A stretch of 62,790 bases of DNA, counting the filler, from Asterionella formosa (Eukaryota): the NCBI GenBank assembly GCA_002256025.1. It is 21 parts of 21 records of this genome, joined end to end, with 100 filler letters (N's around TTAATTAATTAA, not from the genome) between each part and the next. Parts side by side here need not be neighbours in the genome. Positions count along the whole stretch, not along the records: positions 47,473 to 48,658 come from NKIB01003815.1; positions 48,759 to 49,943 come from NKIB01003816.1; positions 50,044 to 51,230 come from NKIB01003817.1; positions 51,331 to 52,515 come from NKIB01003818.1; positions 52,616 to 53,800 come from NKIB01003819.1; positions 53,901 to 55,085 come from NKIB01003820.1; positions 55,186 to 56,369 come from NKIB01003822.1; positions 56,470 to 57,653 come from NKIB01003823.1; 13 more parts are not named here. One strand, given 5' to 3'. Shown piece after piece: positions 48,501 to 60,224 of this stretch. Within the stretch, counting starts at the first letter, position 1. Every line of letters starts with the position of its first letter. Position numbers and translations under genes: made by a program. The notes below the pieces were generated by a model. It saw only the letters and a list, made by a program, of their open reading frames with translations. It was not told the DNA's origin and did not search any database.

Positions 48501-48758
48501 CGTAGTAGGCTAATGTAAATGATCATCCCGAAACCATACAATTATCTATTTAGAAACTAAAAGAAAATTAGTTATGAGCATGAACTAAATTAGATTACTG
48601 GGCACCAACATCTGTGAAAAAAATTTCCGCATTCCTATCATCCCCTTGTTTCAATACCNNNNNNNNNNNNNNNNNNNNNNNNNNNNNNNNNNNNNNNNNN
48701 NNTTAATTAATTAANNNNNNNNNNNNNNNNNNNNNNNNNNNNNNNNNNNNNNNNNNNN

Positions 48759-49540
48759 CTACACTTGGATACAGTCATTGCTCGACTTAGGGGTATGATC
48801 TATATTCAGATATGGTTGTAAGGACCTCATTTCTGGAGAGAGGTGGCAGTTTTCCTTCTGGGAATTGTAGCGATTCAAAAAGGGGGCCATGAAGCTTTAA
48901 AAAATTTTACTTGAGATAACTGCCACTTCTCTGCTGAAGTTAACTCCTGACATTATATGGTGCATATCTGTCTATTTTAATCTTCATGAAACCCTGAAGA
49001 TGTCAAGCAACCCTTCCTCCAAAAAGTCGATCTGATTGGCGTTTTCAACAGTCACCAAAATTTGGAATCGGAAATTGTAGGTGCAAAAACGTTCTCGTAG
49101 ACTTAAAGTCTTGCGTAGGTATGTTTTGCTGCATAATTCTCTGTCCGAAAAGACTCCAGGGTAAGTTCCCAGGTCACTACACATATTATGATTGGTTAAA
49201 TTGAATTTACTCACCTTCTCCAGATTGGCTGGAGTATCCCGATCTTCTAAAATCACGTCAGCTACACTTGAACCACACATATTAGATGTACTGTATACCG
49301 GTAGGTAAAATCAGTACTAGTTTCATCCTGTTTTCCATCTTCATGAACCAAGATTATGTACTACCGGTATACCAGTACTCCAGTGCTGATTTATGTATAT
49401 GCCTTTGGGCGTAGAGTAATAATATTAAAACTACATGCAGCAACGTAGATTAAATAAAACCGTATAAACACAAACCATGAGTATATATAGATATTGGCAT
49501 ACTCCTGATTTATGTGTTTTTGGCATGGAGTAAAATCATG
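48759..49540. repeat. Second copy of the internal region of the 30984-32140 element
   Basis: Long collinear similarity to ~31120-31922 (for example ttgaatttactcacct.ctccagattggctg.agtat and tactagtttcatcctgt). Confidence 0.85.
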
Positions 49541-51330
49541 CAAAAGTAAGCAAGTCTTGCTAACTTCGCTTTAATGTCATCAAACTCAAAATCTTGCTTT
49601 CTCTTTTTCCGAACGAAGTGATGAAACAACCAATAGCTAATGAACTGTTCTTTGAATATTCAACTGCTACCACTTAAAACTGTACGCCACCGACTTTTGA
49701 ATTGAAAGCCACCGCTAAACGGAGTAAACGCACGGTTTGAACTTAGTTTGCAAGATACATTAATTTTTGTCATGAAGGCGGAGTTGTCCAGATTTATGAA
49801 GCAAGTAAACATTTATGTACTTGTATTGTTGCATTGTGTAAGTTTTAAATACTTCTTATGGCCCAAAGGTTGCTGTCGATGCAAAATTGCGAAAAATGGA
49901 TATCGTCACGTTTACTCTATCGAGCTGGCATCGCCTTTTCTATNNNNNNNNNNNNNNNNNNNNNNNNNNNNNNNNNNNNNNNNNNNNTTAATTAATTAAN
50001 NNNNNNNNNNNNNNNNNNNNNNNNNNNNNNNNNNNNNNNNNNNCCCTCCACTGGATCTGCTGGTTTCATTGAAGAAATTCCTTTGAAAAAATTCAAGAAA
50101 TTACTGAGTTCACATGCTGCTGCTTGCTTGATACATTCCCAAAATGCCAAAGCGTGACATTAGTCGCCATCTGATATAATTTATGTAACCCTAACCCTAT
50201 AGGTGTGTGTAGTTGAGCAGGATCGTTCATGTGTTACTCCCTCGTTCCAGTATAGTTGCACAAACGCTCAGCATTGACTAACCCAGATCGATAGAAGTCC
50301 TTCAAAGTAGCCCTCTGTAGAAGGAATATACATTGTCTTTGTGAGACGATGCAGGCCATGGGTACGTCGGTTAGATTTGTGTATTTAGGCAAGTATAAAA
50401 CTAAATAGCAGTACGTGTGCATTTTTTTGGGCTATTGATTTTGTTGCCCAGTGTACAGACCTGTATCCATGCTTTTAATATCAGCTATTACTACCTAAGA
50501 GATTCAGCTAAATAAACTAACAAACATGCATTTCTGAGGAAAAATTGTTTTGCAGGCGTCGAATAATATAGTTAACATTTTGTGCATGCCCAGATTTATG
50601 ACAAGCTGGCCATCCATGTCAATGGTCTCATTAGCCTCCCTTTTGAGGTTGCAAATCGAGCAATCAGTGATTTATTGTCACTTTTCTGGTGTTAATGATT
50701 CTTCTTATGTCTGTTGACTAACAATGGGTTAACAAATAGGGGGGTCTGGAGCAAGCATTCCAATTGGGACCAAAATGCACCAAAAAATCGAGGTCAGGTT
50801 CACCTTGTTTGTTGTGCACCACCACTGATGTATGGCACGATTTCTACATACGATGTGTAAAAAAGTCTGCCATGTTTACCCGACTGGTATTATGTACAGG
50901 TCCTCACGTAATAAGAAAGTAAGCAACATGTGCAGCTTGCTCTCAGTACCTGGTACCTGGTACCAGGTACCAGGTGCATGTGTTGCAAACCGATGCATTG
51001 TGATAATTTTGTCAAGCAATTCCTGCTCCAGCTATCGTCTTGCCATTCGGGTACTTCTAAGTAATTTTTAGTCTCTAAGTAATTTTAATTTAAGGGCAAT
51101 ATGGGGCACATCGAATTTTTCGGCAATAAAATTGCCGATTTTAGCATGACAACCAGAAGAACGGTAATATGCATAGAGATGGTACAACAAGCGTAAAACA
51201 CACGAGAATGATTGTAACATGCAACATCAANNNNNNNNNNNNNNNNNNNNNNNNNNNNNNNNNNNNNNNNNNNNTTAATTAATTAANNNNNNNNNNNNNN
51301 NNNNNNNNNNNNNNNNNNNNNNNNNNNNNN

Positions 51331-52255
51331 ACGTCCTCCAGATAAGGTCACTATGTCATTTCATAACAAAACCACTCAATTTGGTTATCATGGTTTACCA
51401 ATATTGATTCCCCTACAACTTCATCAATATTCAATCAACACACCATGTTGAACGTCTAAATTCATCGCCTCATAGTATTCAATAAGATAATATCAATATG
51501 TCATTCATACCACGAGGAACGTCGTCCAGATGATGTCACTATATGATCTGATAGCAAAACAACACAATTTGGTAATGATGGTTTACCAATACTGATTCCC
51601 CTATAACTCTATCAATATTCAATCAACACACAATGTTAGACGTCTCAATTCATGGGCTCATAGTATTGAATAAGGGACTACCAATATATCATTTATACAA
51701 CAAGAAACATTTTCCAGATGAGGTCATTATGTCATTTCATAACAAAACCACACAATTTGGTTATGATGGTTTACCAATATTGATTCCCCTATAACTTCAT
51801 CAATAGTCAATCAACACACCATGTTGAACAGCTCAATTCATCGGCACTGAGTATAGAATAAGGTACCATTAATATATAATGAATACAACAAGGAACATCC
51901 TCGAGATGAGGACACTATGTCATTTCATAACAAAACCACACCATTTCGTAATGATGGTTTACCAATACTGATTCACCTATAACTCCATCAACATTCAACC
52001 AACAAATCATCATGAACCGTACTTTTTTACTGGCACAAAGTATAGAATAAGATACTATCATTATATCATTCATACAACCAGCAAGGATCGTTTTCCAGAT
52101 GATATCAATATGATATCATTTCATAACAAAACCACACCATTTGGCTATGATGGTTTCCCTTTACTGATTCCTCTATAACTCCATCAATATTCAAGTAACG
52201 CATTATGTTGAATGTCTCAGTTCACTGGCACATAGTATAGAGTAAGGTACTATTA
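51331..52255. repeat. AT-rich tandem satellite, ~188-bp unit, about 5 diverged copies
   Basis: Unit starts at 51331, 51519, 51707, 51895 and ~52086; conserved tcatttcataacaaaaccac and tggtttaccaata.tgattc. Confidence 0.92.
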
Positions 52256-53447
52256 ATTTATCATTATGCAAAAAGTACCATCTTCATGATTAGGTGTGTT
52301 GGTATACAATTCTATATCAATGCCGCACACGCACCTAATCTTTGCTACTGACTCTTCTGTATCTCTATCAATAGCTATGCATCCAATATATGATGTGGAA
52401 TGATTCAATTTACTGGAAGATATTGTACAATAAGTTACTATCACTATGCAAGTCACTGGAAGATAGTATACAATAAGTTACTATCAATAGCTATATCATT
52501 CATGCAATTAGCACANNNNNNNNNNNNNNNNNNNNNNNNNNNNNNNNNNNNNNNNNNNNTTAATTAATTAANNNNNNNNNNNNNNNNNNNNNNNNNNNNN
52601 NNNNNNNNNNNNNNNTGCCATTCCAATGGTGATGCTGCCAGTACTCCCAGTAACATTACACATCATATTCTATGATCCGAGCTCAGCAGACCACCAACTA
52701 TGGGTTGACTGGCAGCGCAGCAGCAACAACCACAAGAACCAATACTAAAACACTTTACTTCAATGGATGGCTGTATTGAAGAAAAAATAAATGAAATTAA
52801 GAAAGCGAAACTTCCAACGAAAGAACAAAAGCCAGACACAAAGGTGGTAAAGGATGCAGTACTGCAGGATGATTGCGGTATTTTTCTTGCATGGAGCTTT
52901 CACGGTGGTTCAAGCCCGTATCAGGGGATAGCAAAGTATTGGTATCACACAGGGTGTCGCCCTGTGTCATATGATCAGTACATCAGCACGAAAAACTGCG
53001 ACGTTCCAAATCTGGAGTACCGGTAACGAAATCACGACCGAAACAAAGCAACCCTGGACACGTCGAAGGAAAAATTAACCACGGAGAACGCAGCAATGTC
53101 CTTTTACATATACCGGTACTTATAGGATTAGTCATACTCTGTGCTACAGTTACATGCCCAGCCCTAGAAGGGCTGGATGCTCAATAGGGATGACGCCTAG
53201 AGGCGTTGTCCCTTTTCCCTAACCCTAACAGTTTTGGTGTGTGGCACGAAGGCTAGCAGCAGAAAGAAGATAACAATACTAGTGGTATAGTAGGTAAGTC
53301 CTACGTAAGAGGAACCCGTCAGACGGGAAGGAGTACGAGACCTTTCAACATCACTATCATCTTCACTTTTAACACAAAAAACACGTTTCACTTGAACAAG
53401 AACAAAAAAGAAGTCGCTCGTCAATCACAATAAAGACGACATTCACA

Positions 53448-53800
53448 ATGCCTAGATGGGAAGAAGAAGTCAAACGGTTGAAAGCGAATGATCCAAGGTT
53501 GACTACACTTGATCTCAGTTTTGATTTAATTGGTAATGACGGAGCCAAGGCTATTGCAACTCGGAGATAATTCAATTGATAGTAATTTACTAAATGATAT
53601 TCAAAAACTGGTTGAGGCCAAGAGGGACCACAAACAACATCCCTCTTCCCCAACAAAGCCAACACCAAGTGATAGCAATCCCACTGAATCCATTTCTATA
53701 GATGAGTCGATAAAGAAGGCACCTACAGAGCATCAGAACTTGCCTTCGAATGCCAACAACAATGTGCCACTTGCTGAAGCAGAAGGGCTTGCTGCCACTT
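53448..53800 (+). pseudogene. RNI-like leucine-rich-repeat gene fragment (frameshifted) plus a linker segment
   Basis: MPRWEEEVKRLKANDPRLTTLDLSFDLIGNDGAKAIA, then a frame change; the linker TEHQNLPSNAN is shared with 57313-57390. Confidence 0.6.
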
Positions 53801-54810
53801 NNNNNNNNNNNNNNNNNNNNNNNNNNNNNNNNNNNNNNNNNNNNTTAATTAATTAANNNNNNNNNNNNNNNNNNNNNNNNNNNNNNNNNNNNNNNNNNNN
53901 GAGAGCAAGAAAAATACCGTAGACCATGCATACCGGTATGTATAGACAATATTTGTTAGTAAAAGTGTACCTGCTTGTATTTTGACAGTATGTACAGTAC
54001 TATTTATACTGATGATCATTATTACTACCGATATGTATTTAGAGATAATTTTGATGTGATTCGTTCTTGACACTTCGATAGAATTCGTCAAGCCGATGAT
54101 GCAAGCAGCATGGTAACGGTACCTGGTACCAGGTACCCTATCTTACCGGTCCGTATCGTAGTTTCATTTATGCTGTGTGGTGTACTGAGTATTTTCCTTG
54201 TTCCCTGTGGTATTGAGAACCGGTATGTAGCCATTATAAAGGCAAATTTTAATTAGTCGTTGGGGAAGAATGTTTCCTTGAGCCGAACACGTCACCACCT
54301 AACAACAAGATGTGACACTGAGTCATCTACATGCCATACTGTGCCTCTGTATCTTGTATACCGCCAGGATTTAAAAAATAAAGCAACGGAATGTATACTT
54401 CACAATCATTACAATTTGCAGGTATTAATTAGTATTGGACAAAAGAATTTTGATGCGAAACACATAATTGACTTGACTTTGACGATCACGTCCGTTTCTG
54501 CCATGATCCTTCCTTCCTGTGTAAGACATGCAGTCTAGTCAAGGTACAAATATGATCATTTAGATCGAAGTAATGAACTGGTTGCAGACGGATAAACAAC
54601 ACTTCTTTTAAAGTTGACAAGCGAAAAAATGACGAACAAGTTGTGTATACGTTTCACTCTGGCGTGAATACCGCGGTTCCTTTCTTTGCTACCTGTACCT
54701 ACATAATCTGATGTGAAGCGTTTAAAGAAAAGTATTGACTATACTAAAAAGCCTACTTTCAGTATTGGCACTTATGCCATGGCTGACCTAATTGAAGTCA
54801 TGAAGGCTAC

Positions 54811-55085
54811 TTAGCCATACAACCCTGGCGAAGCAGCTGGTGAAGAAGCGTCAGGAACCGGGACAGGAGCAGGGACAGGAGCCGGGACTGGTACCATGGT
54901 GGGAACAACAATAGGGCTGGGAGCCGGGACTGGGTCTGTTGGTACCACAACCATAGTAGGAAATGGAGCAGGTGTTGGAACCGGCCAGGGAGTTGGGGCA
55001 GGCGTTGGAGTAGCTGTTGGCCAAGGAGTTGGGACCGGCCAAGGTGTTGGAGCAGGGGTTGGAGTAGCTGTTGGCCAAGGAGTTG
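54811..55085 (-). CDS. C-terminal end of a Pro/Thr-rich repeat (mucin-like or cell-surface) protein
   Basis: Minus-strand frame TPWPTATPTPAPTPWPVP repeated, ending PVPAPVPVPDASSPAASPGLYG-TAA; the repeats vary mostly at third codon positions. Confidence 0.65.
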
Positions 55086-55185
55086 NNNNNNNNNNNNNNN
55101 NNNNNNNNNNNNNNNNNNNNNNNNNNNNNTTAATTAATTAANNNNNNNNNNNNNNNNNNNNNNNNNNNNNNNNNNNNNNNNNNNN

Positions 55186-56135
55186 GGAAAAAACCCTTTG
55201 ACTTTCCCTCCCTCCCAACTTTCCTTTCTCATTTGACCTTGATTTGTTATTGGTATGCATGTTTAGCAGAGAAGTAAGAGTTCTCGCCTTCTTGTACCTT
55301 TAGTGTGATTCATCGGGCATTCAAGTTAACAATCAGATCTATTTCCACCAGTTTCAAATAAGCAGCAGGTTGCCTCTCTTGTAGGTTCACCCAGAATGGA
55401 CCTGCATCAAACTATTGAAATGCTAGGCTCGCTGTTGGCCGGGAAATAGAATGGATGGAAAGGGGCCAAAGTACCCAGCAGCTTATCAATGTATTTAACA
55501 ACATTGATAACAAAGAACACATTTTTATTAAATCTTATTGTATGTTAAAGCTCGCAAATAATCGAGCTCGTGCCCACATCAATGGAAACAATTGGTACCA
55601 ATTTTATTGGTCTGTACGGTAAAATGGGACCTGTCTCCTTGTCAACCACACACCCCAGAAACCTAGGGACTACATCAACGAAAGGCAGTTGGAGAAAACG
55701 TAATCGAATCCGCCACATCGCTCATGAGGTGTGCCAACCGCTATGCCATTCCCCTAATAAATAATATTGTAAAAATTACTACAAGCTTAGAATTAGGTAC
55801 AAAATTTTACAGACTCTGGAAATGACCATTGAAGCAATGAAGAAAATCAGGTCTTCCAGTGCATCAAAAATGGAATTGATTATTGAAGATATGAAGAAAA
55901 TCAGGCCTTCAAGTGCATCAAAAATGGAATTGAAATTGATGATTGAAATCGTTTGAACTTGAAAATCTTTCTCTTTAATGTTGCTATTTACATTTTAGAC
56001 TATGGCAAAAATGGTGAAGTTGGTTTGCTCATTGCGTTTAGCACTCAAGGAATGCCCAATGTTATGCACCCCTTCTAAGGAATACCAATCGCGGTGGTAT
56101 ACATTGAGGGGGTACAATAAACTGTGTTTTTACAG
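55186..56135 (-). mobile_element. Decayed IS630/Tc1-related DNA transposon with a putative TA-flanked terminus at 56135
   Basis: Frameshifted GYFGPF...DAGPFWV...ER...WEGGKSKG resembles DDE_3-like transposases. Minus-strand end TA|CTGTAAAAACACAG; 54-bp tandem duplication at ~55828-55933. Confidence 0.45.
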
Positions 56136-56469
56136 TAGCTAGCTACCACTTAAAAACTAAAAGCGACCACCTGAGGACCTCTGAACTGTATGTCACTGCT
56201 AAATGGGGTAAATCCAAAATTTATTGAATTTTTCTGCAAGACACAATAATTATTGTTACAAAAGAGTTGATCGGATGAATATGACGAGTGAATACTATCA
56301 GCATACATACTTGTTTTGTTCCATTGCTTGCGTAAATTGTTAATTATGAATTATGGCCAAAAGGTTGCTNNNNNNNNNNNNNNNNNNNNNNNNNNNNNNN
56401 NNNNNNNNNNNNNTTAATTAATTAANNNNNNNNNNNNNNNNNNNNNNNNNNNNNNNNNNNNNNNNNNNN

Positions 56470-56701
56470 GAGCCTTTGCAATGGCAATGGTGCCAGCAAC
56501 ACCAATTGACTCATAACTGAGAGAAAGGTAAGTCAAACTTGGATCATTATTTTTCAACCGTTCGACAGATTTTTCTAATTCTGTTTCTGTTTTTTTCCCA
56601 CTAGTTAGGGAAGAAGGATGATGTGCTGAATTTGGTGTTGAGATTGGCTGAGTTGTGTTAGCTGCTGATGGTTCGTTGTACCAACCAAATAATCGAAGCA
56701 T
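56470..56701 (-). CDS. 5' fragment of an RNI-like LRR protein
   Basis: ELEKSVERLKNNDPSLTYLSLSYESIGVAGTIAIAKA, cut by the contig end. Confidence 0.6.
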
Positions 56702-57121
56702 TGTCAACGTCGTCTTGAAGGTAAAAGAAGTTGTCTGATGTTTATTCGAGCTACTTCTTGTTCGGTTCTTGTTCGAAGGTTGTGTCAAAAACTCCTTTTC
56801 TCGTCAGCCCTAACTGTAAGGACTCGTCAGTGACCAAATAGGCTGTAGATATGAACAACGAGGTTGCACGTAATCGATTCCTAAGAGTTTTAATAGAAGT
56901 ATGAATTTTGGTGGCGATGTAGATTGTTTCGAATTCTGAGTTTTCTCTGGTACCGGTACCATATTCTTTCTTGATTCATTCGATTCAATATGTAGTACCG
57001 GGTAGGTAATTCTTACCGGGATTTTTCTTTCCAAAAATAATTTCTCCAACACTCTCCACTCCTGCTGGGAGTTCCGGGAAAGCAAGTCCGAATATTGCGA
57101 ATATTTGTCCGAACATGCAGA

Positions 57122-57230
57122 CCGGCGGCAAGTTGCGGTAATTTTGCTGAACTAAGGATTTACCGGTAGCTGGTTTTATCCCATATCGAATTGTTTATTT
57201 ACCGGTAAGCCAAATCACCGCATCTTGTTG
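57122..57230. mobile_element. MITE copy carrying two internal CCGGTA insertions
   Basis: cggcaagttgcggtaattttgctga...caaatcaccgcatcttg; TACCGGTA at 57161-57168 and 57200-57207. Confidence 0.85.
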
Positions 57231-57291
57231 TTGTACCTTCAACCAGCGGTCATTTTCACCCTAACCCTAACCTTTTGAGTAATTACTAGTT

Positions 57292-57653
57292 ATGTCGATA
57301 AATAATCCAGGTACAGAGCTTCAGAACTTGCCTTCGAATGCCAACAGCAAGGTGCCAACTGATGAAACAGGAGGTCCTACTGCCACTTTAATTTCGTCTC
57401 ATATTGATGCAATTCTTTCAAGGATGCAAATAGATGAGCAGATCCCTTTCATTCAAGAACGAGGTCTCGTGAGGCTTCTGAACTTTGCTGTGAATGAGAA
57501 CAACATGGTGACAATTGCTGAAGCATGAGATATCACTGAGATTCTGTCTGTGATGACATATCATTCCTCCAACACTGATGTGCAACACTTTGGTTGTGCA
57601 GCACTTTCGAACTTGGCAAATAATAATGACAAGAACAGAGTGATGATTGCTGA
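57292..57653 (+). pseudogene. Armadillo-repeat gene fragment with an in-frame stop
   Basis: HIDAILSRM...IQERG...NENNMVTIAEA*DITEILSVM..HSSNTDVQHFGCAALSNLANNNDKNRVMIA. Confidence 0.65.
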
Positions 57654-60016
57654 NNNNNNNNNNNNNNNNNNNNNNNNNNNNNNNNNNNNNNNNNNNNTTA
57701 ATTAATTAANNNNNNNNNNNNNNNNNNNNNNNNNNNNNNNNNNNNNNNNNNNNATCTTCACAGCTTCCATCAAGTCAGCAATGACATCATTCTTCTTCAA
57801 CGTGACATAAACTGGCAATAGTCCTGCGTTTCCAAGAAACAACTGGAACCAAACCTTCATTGTTTTCTAACTGATGGTGGTGGGTACCTGGTTGGGAGTA
57901 CAAGACAATGGAAGTGAGAGGAGAGGAGAGGAGAGGAGGAGAACCTTCTGTCAATCATTCAACAAGAGTGAGGAATGTTGTGACTGAAACAATTCTACTA
58001 CCGGCGGTATTTGCTTTCGTTGCTGTCATGGTACTCTTGTCATCGTGGACTTCTACTAAAGGCCCTGGTATAGTGCGTATGACCTCTTCTTGCGAGCCAG
58101 CATTCTACTGAGTGGCCTAAGGCTGGTTGCAACCTGAAGATCAATATAGTAGGATACGTAGGCCTTAGTATAGATTTTCTTTTGCATTAAATATTAGGAG
58201 TAAAAATTGTGACGCACCAAAAAAATGATTCAACTTCTTTGGTATTATAGTATAAGTACCGGTACCATGGTAATGCACTCCGCTCATTTCCCTGGGATTT
58301 CCGGGAAAGTCCGAATATTGCGAATATTTGTCCGTAAATATTTAATCAAACCAGCCATATGTGATCAAACCCTAAAAATTGCTTATCGTACATACATGTA
58401 ATGGGACATACTGGTACTAATAAAGTATTGCAAGCATTTTGTATCATATATATAGGTTACTACTGGTAATGAATTTTTAACTAAGGCACTCCTTGCTGAT
58501 GTCATATTGTCGCTGCACCACATTGCACCAACATAGACCTACTGGGACTTACTACCGGTAAATCAAAAATATTTATTACTCTGGGGTATCATGATAAACC
58601 CTGACATAGATCACCACCCCTACCTCCAAACCAAACCACCAACTGAAACATGGTCATATGCATATGAATATGGCGACATATGACTGTTCTGGCTGGTACC
58701 GAACCAGGTACCGTGTGATGTCGGCAAGATAGTCTACCGAGGTATTTATTATGGTCCTCTTGTCCTTGTCATGATGATTTTATTAGTATATTATTGTACA
58801 CCCTTAGAGCATCGCCACCGCATCGACCAAATACCAAAGCCAATTGCAGTTGAAAATATCAATACACGTCACTTGGTTGAGAAATATTTTATCAATAGTC
58901 GAATTTTTCATATTTTTTCCCACCGCATCGACCAAATCCTANNNNNNNNNNNNNNNNNNNNNNNNNNNNNNNNNNNNNNNNNNNNTTAATTAATTAANNN
59001 NNNNNNNNNNNNNNNNNNNNNNNNNNNNNNNNNNNNNNNNNACTTCAGTACATTAGGTGAACAGAGGGAATTGCTTAGCGGTTAAGTATGTTGTCTTTGA
59101 TCTGAAAGTGTGGTTTGGATCCCGCAATTTTTTGAGAAGCAATTGTTGGGTTCGACTCCCACACTCCTTACCATCCCGCATAGTAGTCTTGCCTGGGGTA
59201 CAAAAAAGTAGTGGGTTGCCCCTGTACACGCAGCTTGTGCTGCCTTCCTAGGTGGTCGGAGTTTCCCCTAACGCTGTGACTAGTAAGATGATCACCTTTC
59301 GCAAAAGATGGTTGGGGACTCACCTACTATGGTAACAAAACTAGGGAAGCACTCAGTCTTGTCAGCAGGCTGTGCTGTGAAATCCCACATGTAACTCTGT
59401 GGTCTTAGAAAGCGCGTTACAACTGAGCTTCAATTTTACCATTTGACTTATCTCTGTAAATGTAAAATCAAAATAATTTAGACTAATGGAAATAATCAAT
59501 GTGGACTACTGATACATAATACTGGTGCATGCAACAGCACAGTGCCTTCTTCCCCAGTCCCCAGAACCACACCATCCTCCTGTGTCCAGCTGTAAATGTC
59601 AATTGTGCCTACTACCAGTATAAAAGCGAGTAGGAAAACGTGTTGTTGGAAGCTTGTGCCAGGGGTTGAAAGGGCCGAAACCGTTAAATATCCCAATGTG
59701 CTAACATAACCAGTTCATTCGATGATATGGAGTTTTAAAATAAATATTGAGCCGATGTACCGACACTAATTGGCAAAAATAAAATGTATTATATATATAT
59801 TTAATTCAGCTATGGATATAAACAGACCACCGTAGTTTACTGCTGGCTGAGTAACACAGACCGTAGGGTAACAAACCCCCCGCCAACCGAGGAACCAATT
59901 GCTTTGAAACTCATCCTCAAATCTCCACTAAACGATAGCTTCTCATAGGTATCGCGTTGAAACAAGATATATGTAGAGAGTGTCTAGTACACATTTATAT
60001 ATTTGTTCATTGCAAC

Positions 60017-60224
60017 ATGAAACTATCCTCGCCATGTTTCGTTTGTGTCCTTGCGACCGTGATGTGTACTACCATGGCCCGAGCACCAACAAGCCCCTTG
60101 CCAATCGGTTCTCGAACAAAGCTGTCCATGGAACGGAAAGGACTATCTCCCAAAGGCATTTCATCTGTAACTGCGAGCTTTCAAGAGGATCAAGGCGCTT
60201 CCATTCCCAACGAAATCTTTAATT
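60017..60224 (+). CDS. 5' fragment of a putative Aa_trans (SLC38-like) amino acid transporter with a signal peptide
   Basis: MKLSSPCFVCVLATVMCTTMA signal-like start; ends ASIPNEIFN, the motif that precedes TM1 in this family; cut by the contig end. Confidence 0.5.

Noticed and set aside
51331..52255. Possible CRISPR-like array
   Set aside because: Whole 188-bp units are homologous, with no unique spacers and no cas genes; the context is eukaryotic.
54896..55085. Gly/Val-rich ORF on the plus strand
   Set aside because: It is the antisense shadow of the Pro/Thr repeat frame, which has a proper stop.
58805..58941. TTA-GAGCATC Harbinger-like terminus with an 18-bp direct repeat (ccaccgcatcgaccaaat)
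   Set aside because: Plausible, but only one end is visible before the contig break.
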